Part shown: positions 9,228 to 19,362 of the stretch, piece by piece
Layout: every line of letters starts with the position of its first letter
Numbering within the stretch: the stretch's first letter is position 1
DNA from: an uncultured Candidatus Nemicrothrix sp.
Lineage (GTDB): Bacteria; Actinomycetota; Acidimicrobiia; Acidimicrobiales; Aldehydirespiratoraceae
Reading direction: 5' to 3'
NCBI GenBank assembly: GCA_964513285.1
Contig: CAZEML010000003.1
Location: forward strand, 1 to 62,826
Length of the DNA stretch: 62,826 nucleotides
Notes under the pieces: model-generated
Told to the model about the DNA's origin: nothing
Seen by the model: only the letters and a program-made list of their open reading frames with translations
The model's database searches: none
Translations under genes and position numbers: made by a program

Positions 9228-10766
9228 TCAGGTGAGTTGACGGCGGAGGAGCTTGCCGGTCGCGTTGCGCGGCAAGGCGGCGACGAAGTCGACATCGCGC
9301 GGCACGAAGTGGCGGCCGAGCTCGCCTGCGACGTGCGCCTGGACCGCATCGGCGGTCAACACACCGTCGACGACCAGGAAGGCCTTGAGGCGTTGGCCGA
9401 ACTCGGGGTCGTCGACGCCGACGACCGCCGCATCGACGACGGCGGGGTGGGCGAGGAGCAACGCTTCGACCACGTCGGGGAAGACGTTCTCGCCACCGCT
9501 CACGATCATGTCGTCGGCGCGGCCGGTGACGAACAGGCGCCCCTCGTCGTCGAAGTGGCCGACGTCGCCCGACGACAGGAGTCCGTCGATGCGTTCCTTG
9601 TCGCCGCCGCCGGTGTAGTGGTCGAACGACGCGCCCGAGCCGACGAAGATGCGGCCCGTCTCGCCCTCGGGCACCGGTTGCCCGTCGGCACCGAGGATCC
9701 GCACCGTGCTGCCGTCGACGGGTCGGCCGGCGGTTCCGGGTGCGGCGCGCAGGTCGGCCGGCGTGGCGATGCTGGCCTGGCCGACCTCGGTCGATCCGTA
9801 CAGGTTGTAGAGGTGGTCGCCGCAGCGGTCCATCCACTCGAGCGCGACGGGCGCGGGAAGCGCCGAACCCGACGACGCCACGATCCGGAGCTGCCGGAGG
9901 GGACCGAGGTCGACGTCGGCGGCGAGCAACCGTTGCAGCATGACGGGGACGACCGCGAGCACCGTGGCGTCGTTGTCCGCGACCGCGTCGACGGTGGTCG
10001 CGGGGTCGAAGCGTTCGGTCAAGACGATCGTGGCGCCGAGCGAGACGGCGATCGTCAGATGCGCGAGCCCCCACGCATGGAACAGCGGCGCGGGAATCAC
10101 GATCGTGTCGCTGCTGCGGTACGGAATGCGTTCGAGCAGACCGAAGCTCCCGGCCGACGAGCCGAGGCCGAGCTCGCGCCGAGCACCCTTCGGTACGCCG
10201 GTCGTGCCCGAGGTCATCAAGACGGGCGCGACCGTCGACGGGAGCAAGACGTCGAAGCGACCGCGGCCGGCGCTCGCGACCGCGTTCCACTCACGCCCGA
10301 TCGCAATGACCGGACCGGGAACGGCGTCGGCCGGAAGATCGGCGAGGAGTTCGGGGTCGCCGACCAGGGCGCCGATCGACTCGCGCTCGATCACCTCGAT
10401 GAGTTGGGCGGCGGCGCTGCCGGTGTTGAGGTAGATCGGCACCAACCCCGCTTTGGCCGCGGCGACCGATGCCTCGACGAACCCGCGATGGTTGCGGCAC
10501 AGGATGCCGAGCTGGGTGCCTCGACCGACCTTGCGGCTGCGGAGACCCCGGGCGAGCAGCGAGGTCCGATGGTCGAGCTGGCCCCAGGTCGACGAGCCCA
10601 GCTCATCGACGATCGCCGTGCGGTTGCGGAGACGCAGCGCTCCTGCGGCCACGCCGGCAGCGAGCGATGGGCCCCATCGGGTGAGCCCACCGACGAGCGC
10701 GGCGGTGCGCGTCGGGTCGAGTAGACCGGTGCGCCGGATGACGTCGATGGTGGCGCCCACGTCCAT
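9228..10766 (-). CDS. AMP-dependent acyl-CoA synthetase/ligase
   Basis: Track ORF trimmed to ATG at 10766 (MDVGATIDV...). Carries the AMP-binding motifs MTSGTTGVPKG and GDVGHFDDEGRLFVTGR. Confidence 0.85.
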   Translation of the reverse strand: MDVGATIDVIRRTGLLDPTRTAALVGGLTRWGPSLAAGVAAGALRLRNRTAIVDELGSSTWGQLDHRTSLLARGLRSRKVGRGTQLGILCRNHRGFVEASVAAAKAGLVPIYLNTGSAAAQLIEVIERESIGALVGDPELLADLPADAVPGPVIAIGREWNAVASAGRGRFDVLLPSTVAPVLMTSGTTGVPKGARRELGLGSSAGSFGLLERIPYRSSDTIVIPAPLFHAWGLAHLTIAVSLGATIVLTERFDPATTVDAVADNDATVLAVVPVMLQRLLAADVDLGPLRQLRIVASSGSALPAPVALEWMDRCGDHLYNLYGSTEVGQASIATPADLRAAPGTAGRPVDGSTVRILGADGQPVPEGETGRIFVGSGASFDHYTGGGDKERIDGLLSSGDVGHFDDEGRLFVTGRADDMIVSGGENVFPDVVEALLLAHPAVVDAAVVGVDDPEFGQRLKAFLVVDGVLTADAVQAHVAGELGRHFVPRDVDFVAALPRNATGKLLRRQLT

Positions 10767-10871
10767 ATCGGCGCAGTGGATCAGCCCGCGGCTGATTCCC
10801 GCAAATCGTGCGAATCGGCCGGAATTTCGGACCAAATCAGGCTCAGAGCGACCCTGGAGGCGCCGGCGAGA

Positions 10872-12326
10872 TCAGCCGTCGGCGGCGGCCAGGAGGTCGG
10901 CGTAGGCGGCGGCGACGTGGTCGCGCAGCTCGGCCGGGTCGGCGACCGCAGCCGGGTCGATGACGAGCCCGATCTCGAAGACGTCCGCGTTCGACATCGC
11001 GGTGATGTTCATCGCCGTGCCCGACACCGGGCCGAGGGTGATGTTGCGCTCGACCTGAGCGCCGGCGATGTAGGTCGGGAACGGCGCACCGCGCAGGTTC
11101 GAGGTCGCGATGTCGAGCTTGCCGGCGGTGGCGCGTGCGACCTGGGTGACGACCGAGGTCGGCAACAGGTTGGCCATCCCGGCGAAGCCGGCGAGAGCAC
11201 CGTCACCGGCGACGGCCTCACGACGGGCGGCCATGCGCTTCTTGACGTCCTTGAGGTAGGGCTTGGGCTTCCGGTAGCTGCCGGCAAGGGGCAGCATCGT
11301 CGGGGTGAACGAGTTGCCGCCGATGGCGTCGTCGCTGCGGGTGCTGACCACGAAGCTGGCGTTGAGGCCCTCGGGGGTGACGCCATGAGCCTTGTGATAG
11401 TCGATCGCACCCATCGCCAGGCCGGTGACGAACAGGTCGTTGATCGAGGCGTCGAGCGCCTTCCCGGCGGTCTTCAGGTCGGCGATCGAGAGGGTGATCG
11501 TCTCCAGGTGACGACGGCGGCTGCGATCGGTCCACAACGGGGACCCCGGTCGCGATTCGTCGTCGCCGTCGAGCTGGTCGAGTACGGCGCGGATCTGATC
11601 GAGCTGGTCTTCGGCGAAGTCACGAGCGAGAAGCGGGTCGCCCGTCCACGTCGCGACCTCGCCCATCGCCCGGCGAGCCCGGCCGACCTGGCGGCGGGCG
11701 ACGTGGCCGATGCTGCGACGGAGGTTGTCGGCGGGCGAGACGCCGTCGGCGCTGCGCTCCGCGGTCTCCTCGACCGCGATCGCCGCCGCGAGCACGGCAT
11801 CGAGATCGACCGGTGCAGGCTGCTCGGCGTCGGCCTCGAGGTCGAGGTACTTCTCCGACAGCCGAAGGGCGCCGATGCCGTCGGTGATCGAGTGGTGCAT
11901 CTTGGAGAACAGGGCGCCGCGCCCACCCTCGAGACCGTCGACGATGACGAACATCCAGAGCGGCCGGGTGCGGTCGTAGGGATCCTCGTACCAGCTGGTG
12001 GCGAGGTCGTAGAGCTGCCGTTCGGTGCCGGGCGCCGGGAGCGACACGTGGCGGACGTGGTAGTCGAAGTCGAACTCGGGATCGGTCGCCCAGGTGGGGG
12101 GCGACAGCCGCCCGAAGCCGGGGACCACCCGCTCGCGGAGGCGGGGGACCTCCGAGACGGCGTACCGGATGCGCTCGCGAAACATGTCGGGGTCGAGGGG
12201 CCGGTCGAGGATCGAGATCATGGCGCCGTTGGGGCTCAGCCACGGATCCTTCTCGATGTTCCACATCAGGGCTTCGGCATCGGTCATCTTCTGCTCGAAG
12301 CGGAGTTCTCGGGTGCGTTCGCTCAT
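10872..12326 (-). CDS. Wax ester synthase / diacylglycerol acyltransferase (WS/DGAT) family
   Basis: 484 aa with the catalytic HHSITDG (HHxxxDG) motif. The length is typical of actinobacterial WS/DGAT. Confidence 0.85.
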   Translation of the reverse strand: MSERTRELRFEQKMTDAEALMWNIEKDPWLSPNGAMISILDRPLDPDMFRERIRYAVSEVPRLRERVVPGFGRLSPPTWATDPEFDFDYHVRHVSLPAPGTERQLYDLATSWYEDPYDRTRPLWMFVIVDGLEGGRGALFSKMHHSITDGIGALRLSEKYLDLEADAEQPAPVDLDAVLAAAIAVEETAERSADGVSPADNLRRSIGHVARRQVGRARRAMGEVATWTGDPLLARDFAEDQLDQIRAVLDQLDGDDESRPGSPLWTDRSRRRHLETITLSIADLKTAGKALDASINDLFVTGLAMGAIDYHKAHGVTPEGLNASFVVSTRSDDAIGGNSFTPTMLPLAGSYRKPKPYLKDVKKRMAARREAVAGDGALAGFAGMANLLPTSVVTQVARATAGKLDIATSNLRGAPFPTYIAGAQVERNITLGPVSGTAMNITAMSNADVFEIGLVIDPAAVADPAELRDHVAAAYADLLAAADG

Positions 12327-12337
12327 GAGCCAGCTCC

Positions 12338-13786
12338 TCAGGTGTCCGAGCCCGGCCGACGGTCGGCCTCAGCGGTGGGGTCGCCCGAGTAGCCGGGCGG
12401 GTAGGTCGCCATCAACTCTTCGGTGGTCGGCTCGTAGGGTTCGCGCGCCTCGGCGGGAAGCAGGTCGGCGATGGCCGACATGATGCGCTTGGTGTCCTTG
12501 TCGAGGCTCTTGTACTTCAGGGTCACCGGCTCACCGACGACGATGCTGACCTCGGGCGGGTCGACGATGTCGAGATTCGGGAGCCGGGCGCTGCGCGGCC
12601 AGACCTTCTCGGTGCCCCACAGCCCGACCGGGATGACGGTCGCCTTGGTGTCGTGGGCGAGCTTGGCCGCACCCCACCGACCCTTGAGTTCGGGGTCGAA
12701 GAAGGCGGGACCGCGCGGGATGGTTCCCTGCGGCGCCATGGCGACGAGTTCGCCGATCTCGAGCGCTTCGACCGCCTTGTCGAGCGGTTCGTCGCTGCCG
12801 GTACCGCGGTCGACCCGGATGCCCCCGAGCATGCGCCCGATGCGACCGAAGATCGGCACATCGAAGACTTCCTTCTTGCCGAGGAAGCGGGCGTTGCGGC
12901 CGGCACGGGCGAGCAGCAGGTTGACCGCGGTCGGGTCGAAGTAGCTGCGGTGGTTGAAGACGAGGATGACCGCGCCCTCGGCGGGGATGTTCTCGACGCC
13001 CTCGAACGTGAACCGGGCGTTGGGGATGAGCTCGGGCCGGCTGAACGGGCGCAACCACTCCTGGAGCTCGCGGCCGGCGAACTTGGCGACGCCGGGCGAC
13101 TTGTCGAAGTGGCGGATCGGCCAGTCGTTGAGACCGGCGATGACGGTGAGGTGCGGGTCGGGGTTGACGGCGACCGGCTTGCCGACCGCGGTGAGCAGCG
13201 GCACGTCGTAGGCCGAGTCGGAGTAGCCGTAGCTGCCGGAGAGGTTGATGCCCTCGACTTCGGCGAGTTCGACGACGGCGTCGCGCTTGGCGCGCCCCCA
13301 CAGGAACCCGCCGTCGGTTTCGCCCGTGTAGGCGCCCTTGGTCGATTCCCACTTGGTGGCGACCACATGGTCGAAGCCGAGGCGCTCGGCGAACGGGGTG
13401 ACGAACGCCGCGGGGGAGGTGGTGGCGAGCACGAGCCGGCGGCCGGCCTGCTTGTGCTCGTCGAGCAGGGCACGAGCGGGGCCGGGCACCATGTCGACGA
13501 GTTCGTCGGCCGCCGCTTCGGCCGCGGCACGGACGGCCTTGACCGACCAGCCTTCGGAGGTCCGCACGAAGAAGCGGGCGAGCTGCATCATCAGCGGGTT
13601 CTCGCCCAACATCTCGTAGCTCTTCTCATAGACACCCTGACCAGGGATGTGTCGTTCCTCGGTGAGGCCGGCGTCGATGAGATGACGCTGGAAGACCGAG
13701 GCCGACGAGGTCAGCACCAGGGTGCGGTCGAGGTCGAAGATCGCAGCACGAGTCACGAAGATCACTCTAATGTCAGTCACTGACAT
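12338..13786 (-). CDS. HAD-IB hydrolase / lysophospholipid (PlsC-type) acyltransferase fusion
   Basis: 482 aa. The N-terminal HAD motif is FDLDRTLV. The C-terminal acyltransferase motif NHRSYFD is H(x)4D. Confidence 0.85.
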   Translation of the reverse strand: MSVTDIRVIFVTRAAIFDLDRTLVLTSSASVFQRHLIDAGLTEERHIPGQGVYEKSYEMLGENPLMMQLARFFVRTSEGWSVKAVRAAAEAAADELVDMVPGPARALLDEHKQAGRRLVLATTSPAAFVTPFAERLGFDHVVATKWESTKGAYTGETDGGFLWGRAKRDAVVELAEVEGINLSGSYGYSDSAYDVPLLTAVGKPVAVNPDPHLTVIAGLNDWPIRHFDKSPGVAKFAGRELQEWLRPFSRPELIPNARFTFEGVENIPAEGAVILVFNHRSYFDPTAVNLLLARAGRNARFLGKKEVFDVPIFGRIGRMLGGIRVDRGTGSDEPLDKAVEALEIGELVAMAPQGTIPRGPAFFDPELKGRWGAAKLAHDTKATVIPVGLWGTEKVWPRSARLPNLDIVDPPEVSIVVGEPVTLKYKSLDKDTKRIMSAIADLLPAEAREPYEPTTEELMATYPPGYSGDPTAEADRRPGSDT

Positions 13787-13803
13787 GAGTCAATAGCTGA
13801 CAT
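13770..13803. promoter_or_regulatory. Putative TetR operator: palindrome ATGTCAGT-C-ACTGACAT plus a third CTGACAT half-site
   Basis: Perfect 8-bp arms at 13770-13786 overlap the start codon of the HAD-PlsC gene. The extra half-site is at 13797-13803. Located in the divergent region with the TetR gene. Confidence 0.45.
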
Positions 13804-13831
13804 TTCGTTCGGACGCTCGTACAGTGACGCC

Positions 13832-14464
13832 ATGGCCGACCTGACGATCGGCGCCGACGTCCCCGACCTCGACCTGGAGCCGGGGCGACGCGAGCGCAAG
13901 AAGCGACAGACCCGCGACGAGCTGATGCATCACGCCGCCCGACTCTTCGCGCAGCGGGGCTTCGACTCGGTCACCACCGAGGACATCGCCGAAGCGGCCG
14001 ACGTCTCGCAACGCACGTTCTTCCGCCACTTCCCGTCCAAGGAAGCGGTGCTGTACGGACACGTCGACGAACTCCGCGACGCCATGGCCGCGGCGCTCGC
14101 GTCGCGACCACCCGAGGAGCACGTGGTCGACGGGGTCCGCGCCGCGGTCCGCACGATCGCCGACCACTACGCCGAGCATCACGACGAGGCCTACCTGCAG
14201 GCCCGACTCGCCGCGGAATTCCCCTCCGTCGCTGCGCACGCCCGCGCCGTCGTCCAGACCGAATGGGAGCACGAACTCACCGCGGCCATCGCCGCGCGCA
14301 TGCAGGTCGATCCGCTCGCCGACCCGTTTCCCGAGGTCCTCGCCGGCGCCGCGTTCGCCGCCTTCCGCGCCGCGATCCGACGGTGGGGCGCCGACGGCGG
14401 CCGCACCGACTTCGGGGTCCTCCTCGACGAGTCGCTCGCCGTGCTCGCCTCCCTCGCCGACTGA
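13832..14464 (+). CDS. TetR/AcrR family transcriptional regulator
   Basis: 210 aa with N-terminal HTH ...FAQRGFDSVTTEDIAEAADVSQRTFFRHFPSKE. Confidence 0.85.
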   Translation: MADLTIGADVPDLDLEPGRRERKKRQTRDELMHHAARLFAQRGFDSVTTEDIAEAADVSQRTFFRHFPSKEAVLYGHVDELRDAMAAALASRPPEEHVVDGVRAAVRTIADHYAEHHDEAYLQARLAAEFPSVAAHARAVVQTEWEHELTAAIAARMQVDPLADPFPEVLAGAAFAAFRAAIRRWGADGGRTDFGVLLDESLAVLASLAD

Positions 14465-14483
14465 TCGGCCAGACTCTGCGGCG

Positions 14484-15761
14484 ATGACCATCGCCGACCG
14501 CATCGCGGCGACGCTCGACGCACTCGAGCGCGCCGAACCCGACCTCAACGCGTTCATCACGATCGACCGCGAAGGCGCCATGGCGGCAGCCCGTGCCGCG
14601 GATGCTCGCGAGACCCCGCTCGGCCCCCTCGACGGCGTGCCGGTCGCCATCAAGGACAACCTCGACACCGCTGGGCTGCGCACCACCTTCGGCCTCGGGA
14701 TCTTCGACGACCGGGTGCCCGAGACCGACGCCGAGGTCGTCCGACGGCTCCGGGCAGCCGGTGCCGTGATCGTCGGCAAGACCAACATGACCGAACTGGC
14801 CTGCGGCACGGTCGGGGTCAACGAGCACTACGGCGACTGCCGCAATCCGCTCGACGCCGAGCGTTACCCCGGGGGTTCTTCGTCGGGGTCGGCCGCGACG
14901 GTCGGCGCCCGACTCGACGTCGGCGTGCGCCACGCGATCGGCACCGACACCGGCGGGTCGATCCGCCACCCCGCGGCGGCCTGCGGCATCGTCGGCCTGA
15001 AGCCGACCTTCGGGCGGGTCAGCACCGACGGTGGGAGCGTCTGCGCTCGGGCGATGGATCATGTCGGGCCGATGACCGCGACCGTGGCGGAGGCCGCGGC
15101 GCTGCTCGGCGTCATCCAGATCGACGGCGCCGACGACCCGACCCGACTGCTCTCGGCGCGGCCCGACGGGCTGCGCGTCGGCGTGCTTCGAGGCGAGTTC
15201 CTCGATCACGCTGACCCCGACGTCGTCGCCGCATTCGAGCCCGCGATCGGCGTGCTCGAACGCGAGCTGGACGCCACCGTCGTCGACCTCGACCTGGGTG
15301 TCGATCTCCGGGCCGCCGACGACGAGATCGCCAACGTGCTGGGCGCCGACCTGATCACCACCTACGGCGGCACCTTGCACGAGGCCGGCCGCGACCGCAT
15401 CGGTCGGGAACTGTGGTCGTGGGTCGAGCTCTACGAGGACGTCGAGCCCGGCGCCCGTGCGATGGCCCTCCACCGCCAAGCCGACCTGCGCGAGCGCGTC
15501 GCCGCGGCGATGAGCGACGTCGACGTGGTCATCTGTCCGACGACCCGAACCGCCACGGGCACCGTCGCGGACGGGCAGGCGATGGATCGTTTCCGGCGGG
15601 TCGGCAACCTGGCGCTCTGGGACATCACCGGCCACCCCTCGCTCACCATGCCGTTCGGGAGTGCGGACGGGCTCCCCCTCGGCCTCCTGATCACGGGGCA
15701 CCTCGCCGCCGACGCCCGCGTGCTGCAGGTCGCCGCCGCGATCGAGCGCGCCGTCAGCTGA
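14484..15761 (+). CDS. Amidase (amidase-signature family)
   Basis: 425 aa with the GGSSSGSAA signature and a conserved K/S/S context. Confidence 0.85.
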   Translation: MTIADRIAATLDALERAEPDLNAFITIDREGAMAAARAADARETPLGPLDGVPVAIKDNLDTAGLRTTFGLGIFDDRVPETDAEVVRRLRAAGAVIVGKTNMTELACGTVGVNEHYGDCRNPLDAERYPGGSSSGSAATVGARLDVGVRHAIGTDTGGSIRHPAAACGIVGLKPTFGRVSTDGGSVCARAMDHVGPMTATVAEAAALLGVIQIDGADDPTRLLSARPDGLRVGVLRGEFLDHADPDVVAAFEPAIGVLERELDATVVDLDLGVDLRAADDEIANVLGADLITTYGGTLHEAGRDRIGRELWSWVELYEDVEPGARAMALHRQADLRERVAAAMSDVDVVICPTTRTATGTVADGQAMDRFRRVGNLALWDITGHPSLTMPFGSADGLPLGLLITGHLAADARVLQVAAAIERAVS

Positions 15762-16917
15762 CCCAGAAGCGCACGAGACCGTCGCTCGTGCCGGCCGCGT
15801 AGGTGACGCCACCGTCAGGGTGGTCGACGGCGCCGAAGTTCGACGAGAGCCGCTCGCCGAGATCGACGATGAACTCGACCTCCGTGCCCTCCTCGGTGCG
15901 AGCGACGACCCCGAGCGCCCGTCGATCCGAGGTGGGGACGACGACTTCGAGTCGGCCGTCGCCGTCGGGGTCGGCGACGATCGCCAAGTCGAGGTTCCGA
16001 GACCCGAGCACGTGGTTCGTGAAGCCGTCGCGCTGTGCGACCCGGACCAGTTCGTCGCCTTCGAGCCGGAACCACTCGATGGTCCGGCCGAGGTGGGGCG
16101 TGTGCACGTCGATGATCTCGATCTCCCCCGCAGGGCCCACCGGAGCGATGGCGATCTGGCTGCGCCAGCGATTGCCGCGGCCGACCGACGACGACTCGCC
16201 GACGAACTCGCCATCGAGGTCGTAGAGGACGAGACGGGCGCCCGCGCGGTCCTCGCTCTGGGTCACGAGGACCTCCGCGACGCCGTCGCCATCCGCATCG
16301 CCGAGCAGCGCGCTCCGACCCTCGACGACGTCGCCCTCCAACTCGACGCGGGCGGCGAGCGATCCGTCAGCGACGGACCGGATCTCGATCGCTCCCGCCT
16401 CGACGACGTCGCCGAGCACGCCATGGCGATACCGATCGGTCGGGTCGGCCAACACGACGGAAACGTCGCCGGCGGTCACCGCCCGCCCGTCGGGCAGGGC
16501 GGTCGCGTACGACGCGCTCAGATCCCACGTCTCGATGCGGTCAGCGCCGGAGACGACCGGTTCGGTGTCGCCCCACGCCTCCTCGAGCACCTCGACCGTT
16601 CCCGCCGTCGGATCGATCCACACCAGCCGGTCGTCGGCGAGCACCGCGACCCACGGTGCACCGGGTTCCGGGGAGGACGGCACGATCCAGATCGCGGCGC
16701 TGTCGAGTTCGATCTCGATCGCGGGGCCGTCAAGATCGCCCACACCGGTGCTCACCCGGTTGCCGGTCGGGTTGACGTCGGCGCGACCCTCGAAGTCGAC
16801 CGCCGCGGTTCCGCTCAGGTCGATCGGCGTCGGGGCAACGAAGTCTTCGGCCGCGTCACCGCCACATGCGGCGGCCACGACGGCGAGACCGACGAGGAAC
16901 GAGATCCGACGAACCAT
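15754..16917 (-). CDS. Secreted lipoprotein with FG-GAP/VCBS-like repeats
   Basis: Track ORF 15754-17547 trimmed to ATG at 16917 (MVRRISFLVGLAVVAAACGG, lipobox). Contains DADGDGVAEVLV and DPDGDGRLEVVV Ca-binding-like repeats. Confidence 0.65.
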   Translation of the reverse strand: MVRRISFLVGLAVVAAACGGDAAEDFVAPTPIDLSGTAAVDFEGRADVNPTGNRVSTGVGDLDGPAIEIELDSAAIWIVPSSPEPGAPWVAVLADDRLVWIDPTAGTVEVLEEAWGDTEPVVSGADRIETWDLSASYATALPDGRAVTAGDVSVVLADPTDRYRHGVLGDVVEAGAIEIRSVADGSLAARVELEGDVVEGRSALLGDADGDGVAEVLVTQSEDRAGARLVLYDLDGEFVGESSSVGRGNRWRSQIAIAPVGPAGEIEIIDVHTPHLGRTIEWFRLEGDELVRVAQRDGFTNHVLGSRNLDLAIVADPDGDGRLEVVVPTSDRRALGVVARTEEGTEVEFIVDLGERLSSNFGAVDHPDGGVTYAAGTSDGLVRFWVS

Positions 16918-16960
16918 GCCCGGAGTATGGACTCGATCGTCGGACGTGAGACCCTCAGGT

Positions 16961-17326
16961 GTGCTCGACGCGACCAAAACCTGCGCATCCTGCGGACGCG
17001 AGATGGCGTGGCGCAAGGCGTGGGCGAAGAACTGGGACACGGTGCGGTTCTGCTCTGATCGCTGTCGCCGCCGCAAGGTCAAGCCGGTAGACCACGACCT
17101 CGAACGAGCGATGCTCGGTCTGCTCGACCAGCGGACGCGAGCCGCCACGATCTGCCCCAGCGAGGCCGCCAAGGTGGTCAACCCGTCGGCGTGGCGTGAA
17201 CTGATGGAGCCCGCTCGCGCCGCGGCCCGCCGACTCGAGGCGGCCGGGGAGGTCCTGATCACCCAGGCCGGACAGATCGTCGACCCATCGACCGCCAAGG
17301 GACCGATCCGGATTCGGCGGGCATGA
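16961..17326 (+). CDS. DUF2256 zinc-ribbon / DUF3253 domain protein
   Basis: CASCGREMAWRKAWAKNWDTVRFCSDRCRRRK is the DUF2256 pattern. Start is GTG 16961, with an alternative ATG at 16916, so the start is uncertain. Confidence 0.6.
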   Translation: MLDATKTCASCGREMAWRKAWAKNWDTVRFCSDRCRRRKVKPVDHDLERAMLGLLDQRTRAATICPSEAAKVVNPSAWRELMEPARAAARRLEAAGEVLITQAGQIVDPSTAKGPIRIRRA

Positions 17327-17541
17327 ACGAGACCGACCTCTGGGACGACACCGACGAGTCGACCGACGACGATGCCAACGACCGGGTCCACCATCACGCT
17401 CGGGTGGGCGACGAGCACCCACAGGGCGCCGACGGCTCGTTCACGACCTTGTGCGGCCTGCGCATCACGCCCCGCCCCGACGCCGGCCGGCTCCCGTGCT
17501 GCCCGATGTGTGCGCTGGTGATGGGGCGCCCCTGCCGCTGA
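17323..17541 (+). CDS. Small hypothetical protein with an acidic N-terminus and Cys-rich C-terminus
   Basis: 72-aa ORF whose start overlaps the previous stop (ATGA). The C-terminus reads LCGL...CCPMC. There is no recognisable family. Confidence 0.3.
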   Translation: MNETDLWDDTDESTDDDANDRVHHHARVGDEHPQGADGSFTTLCGLRITPRPDAGRLPCCPMCALVMGRPCR

Positions 17542-17590
17542 CCGCACCCGCTCCTCAGCGGCGTCAACCCGGGTCCCCTACGATCGCGCC

Positions 17591-18445
17591 ATGACGATCG
17601 CCGACGCTCTGGCCGAAACGACGGTGGCGGGACTCGACCTGAGTCGCTACGTCGCCGTTGCGCCCGACGCGACCGTGGCCCACACGGTCGACGCGATGCG
17701 AGAGGCGGAGCTCGCCACCGCGTGCGTGCTCGACGACGGCGCACTCGTGGGCATGTTCACCCAGCGCGACGTCCTCCATCGGGTCATCGGCCGCACCCGC
17801 GACTGGAACGGACCCATCAGCGCCGAGATGACCACGACGCTCAAGACGGTGACGGTCGACGACAGCTTGGCCGACGCCATCGATGCCATGACCACCTGGT
17901 GGGTGCGCGACATGCCCGTGCTCGACGACGGCCGGTTCGTCGGGAACCTGAGCTTCTACACCGTCATCCAGACCATGGCCGCGCTGCTCGCACAACAGCT
18001 CGAAGGTCCCCTCGCCGACGACGTCGTTCGAGAAGGCCTCGCGTTCGTCGACTTCACCGGCATCAACCTTCGTCCGCCGGTCACCGTCGAGGCGACCGAC
18101 CCCGTCGAGATGGCGATCCACCACCTCCGCAACCGTGGACTCGAGCAGGTGATGGTCACCGACGAACGCGGGCACCTCGTCGGCGTACTCACCGAGTTCG
18201 CCCTGCAGCAGAAGGTCGGCTGCGAGCCGATCGACCTCACGACCACGCCGACCGCCGACATCATGGTCGCCGATCCGCACGCGATCTCGGTGCGGTCGTC
18301 GATCGCGGACGGCATCGGCGCCCTGCGCGCCGACGAGACCTCGAACGTCACCCTCATCGGCGAGACGGGCCAGCCGGCCGGGGTCGCGTCGTTCCGCCAG
18401 ATCGCGGAGTACGTCGAGGCGAGCCTCGACGCGACGGCGGGCTGA
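17591..18445 (+). CDS. CBS domain-containing protein (two CBS pairs)
   Basis: 284 aa with a repeated CBS-like pattern (e.g. VLDDGALVGMFTQRDVLHRVIG and VTDERGHLVGVLTEFAL). Confidence 0.8.
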   Translation: MTIADALAETTVAGLDLSRYVAVAPDATVAHTVDAMREAELATACVLDDGALVGMFTQRDVLHRVIGRTRDWNGPISAEMTTTLKTVTVDDSLADAIDAMTTWWVRDMPVLDDGRFVGNLSFYTVIQTMAALLAQQLEGPLADDVVREGLAFVDFTGINLRPPVTVEATDPVEMAIHHLRNRGLEQVMVTDERGHLVGVLTEFALQQKVGCEPIDLTTTPTADIMVADPHAISVRSSIADGIGALRADETSNVTLIGETGQPAGVASFRQIAEYVEASLDATAG

Positions 18446-19321
18446 TCAGCCGCAGCGATCGAACGGATTCGGCACCGAGCCGATGTTCGACTCGCGGGCG
18501 AGCGCTCGAGATTCGACCAGCTCGGGGTAGGCCTCGAAGAACGCCATGCGTGGCTGCACGCCCTCGGGCACGTCGAGGTCGAACACGAACGCCGAGTAGG
18601 TCTCGGCGAAGTCTTCTTCGGGTCCGCTGGCGGCGTAGGCGCCGAGGAACCCGGGATCGATCTCGCATCGTTCGACACCGGCCTCTTCGTCGACCGCGTT
18701 GAACGGCAAGGAGCGGAGCTCCTCTTCGCTCCAGAACTGGGAGATCCAGTCATCGAGGTACGAGCCGGGGACGAAGCAGCCGGCCCCGTTCCACAACGTC
18801 GAGCACGAATCGGGGTCGCCGTTCACGTCGAGCTGGTCGTTGCGTTGGGTGAAGACGTGCGCGAACTCGTGGAGCACGGTCAGTCGGAGGCTGGCCGGGT
18901 CGTCGACGGCGGACACGGTGTCGATCGCCATGACGAACCCGGTGTAGTCGTCGTCGACCGGAGCGAGGAACGCCAACGTGTCGGCTCCGCCGTCGAAGCC
19001 GGCGATGAACCGCAGATCGCGGAGCTGTTCTCGAACCGTCACCGCTTCCAGCAACTCGAACGCGCCGGTGACGGCCTCGTCGGGATCACCCCAGCACAAC
19101 CCGGCGAAGAAGCCGTCCTCGATCGCATAGATCGAGGTGACCGGGCCTTCGTCGTCGCCGACAAGGAACGGGTCGCACAGCTCCTCGCTCAGCTGATCGG
19201 CCTCGCTGAAGTCGACCACGAAGTCGTCGACGAGATCGTCGGCGAGTTCGCCGTCGACGTCGTCGGCGCAGGCAGCCACGACGAAGACGGCCACGGTGAG
19301 GAGGAGCAGCAGGCGACGCAC
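18446..19321 (-). CDS. Putative zinc metallopeptidase lipoprotein
   Basis: Track ORF trimmed to GTG at 19321 (VRRLLLLLTVAVFVVAAC, lipobox). An HExxH motif (HEFAHV) is present. Confidence 0.6.
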   Translation of the reverse strand: MRRLLLLLTVAVFVVAACADDVDGELADDLVDDFVVDFSEADQLSEELCDPFLVGDDEGPVTSIYAIEDGFFAGLCWGDPDEAVTGAFELLEAVTVREQLRDLRFIAGFDGGADTLAFLAPVDDDYTGFVMAIDTVSAVDDPASLRLTVLHEFAHVFTQRNDQLDVNGDPDSCSTLWNGAGCFVPGSYLDDWISQFWSEEELRSLPFNAVDEEAGVERCEIDPGFLGAYAASGPEEDFAETYSAFVFDLDVPEGVQPRMAFFEAYPELVESRALARESNIGSVPNPFDRCG

Positions 19322-19362
19322 GGCTGCGCAGCGTAGCGATCCGCCCGAGCCGGTTCGCTCGA

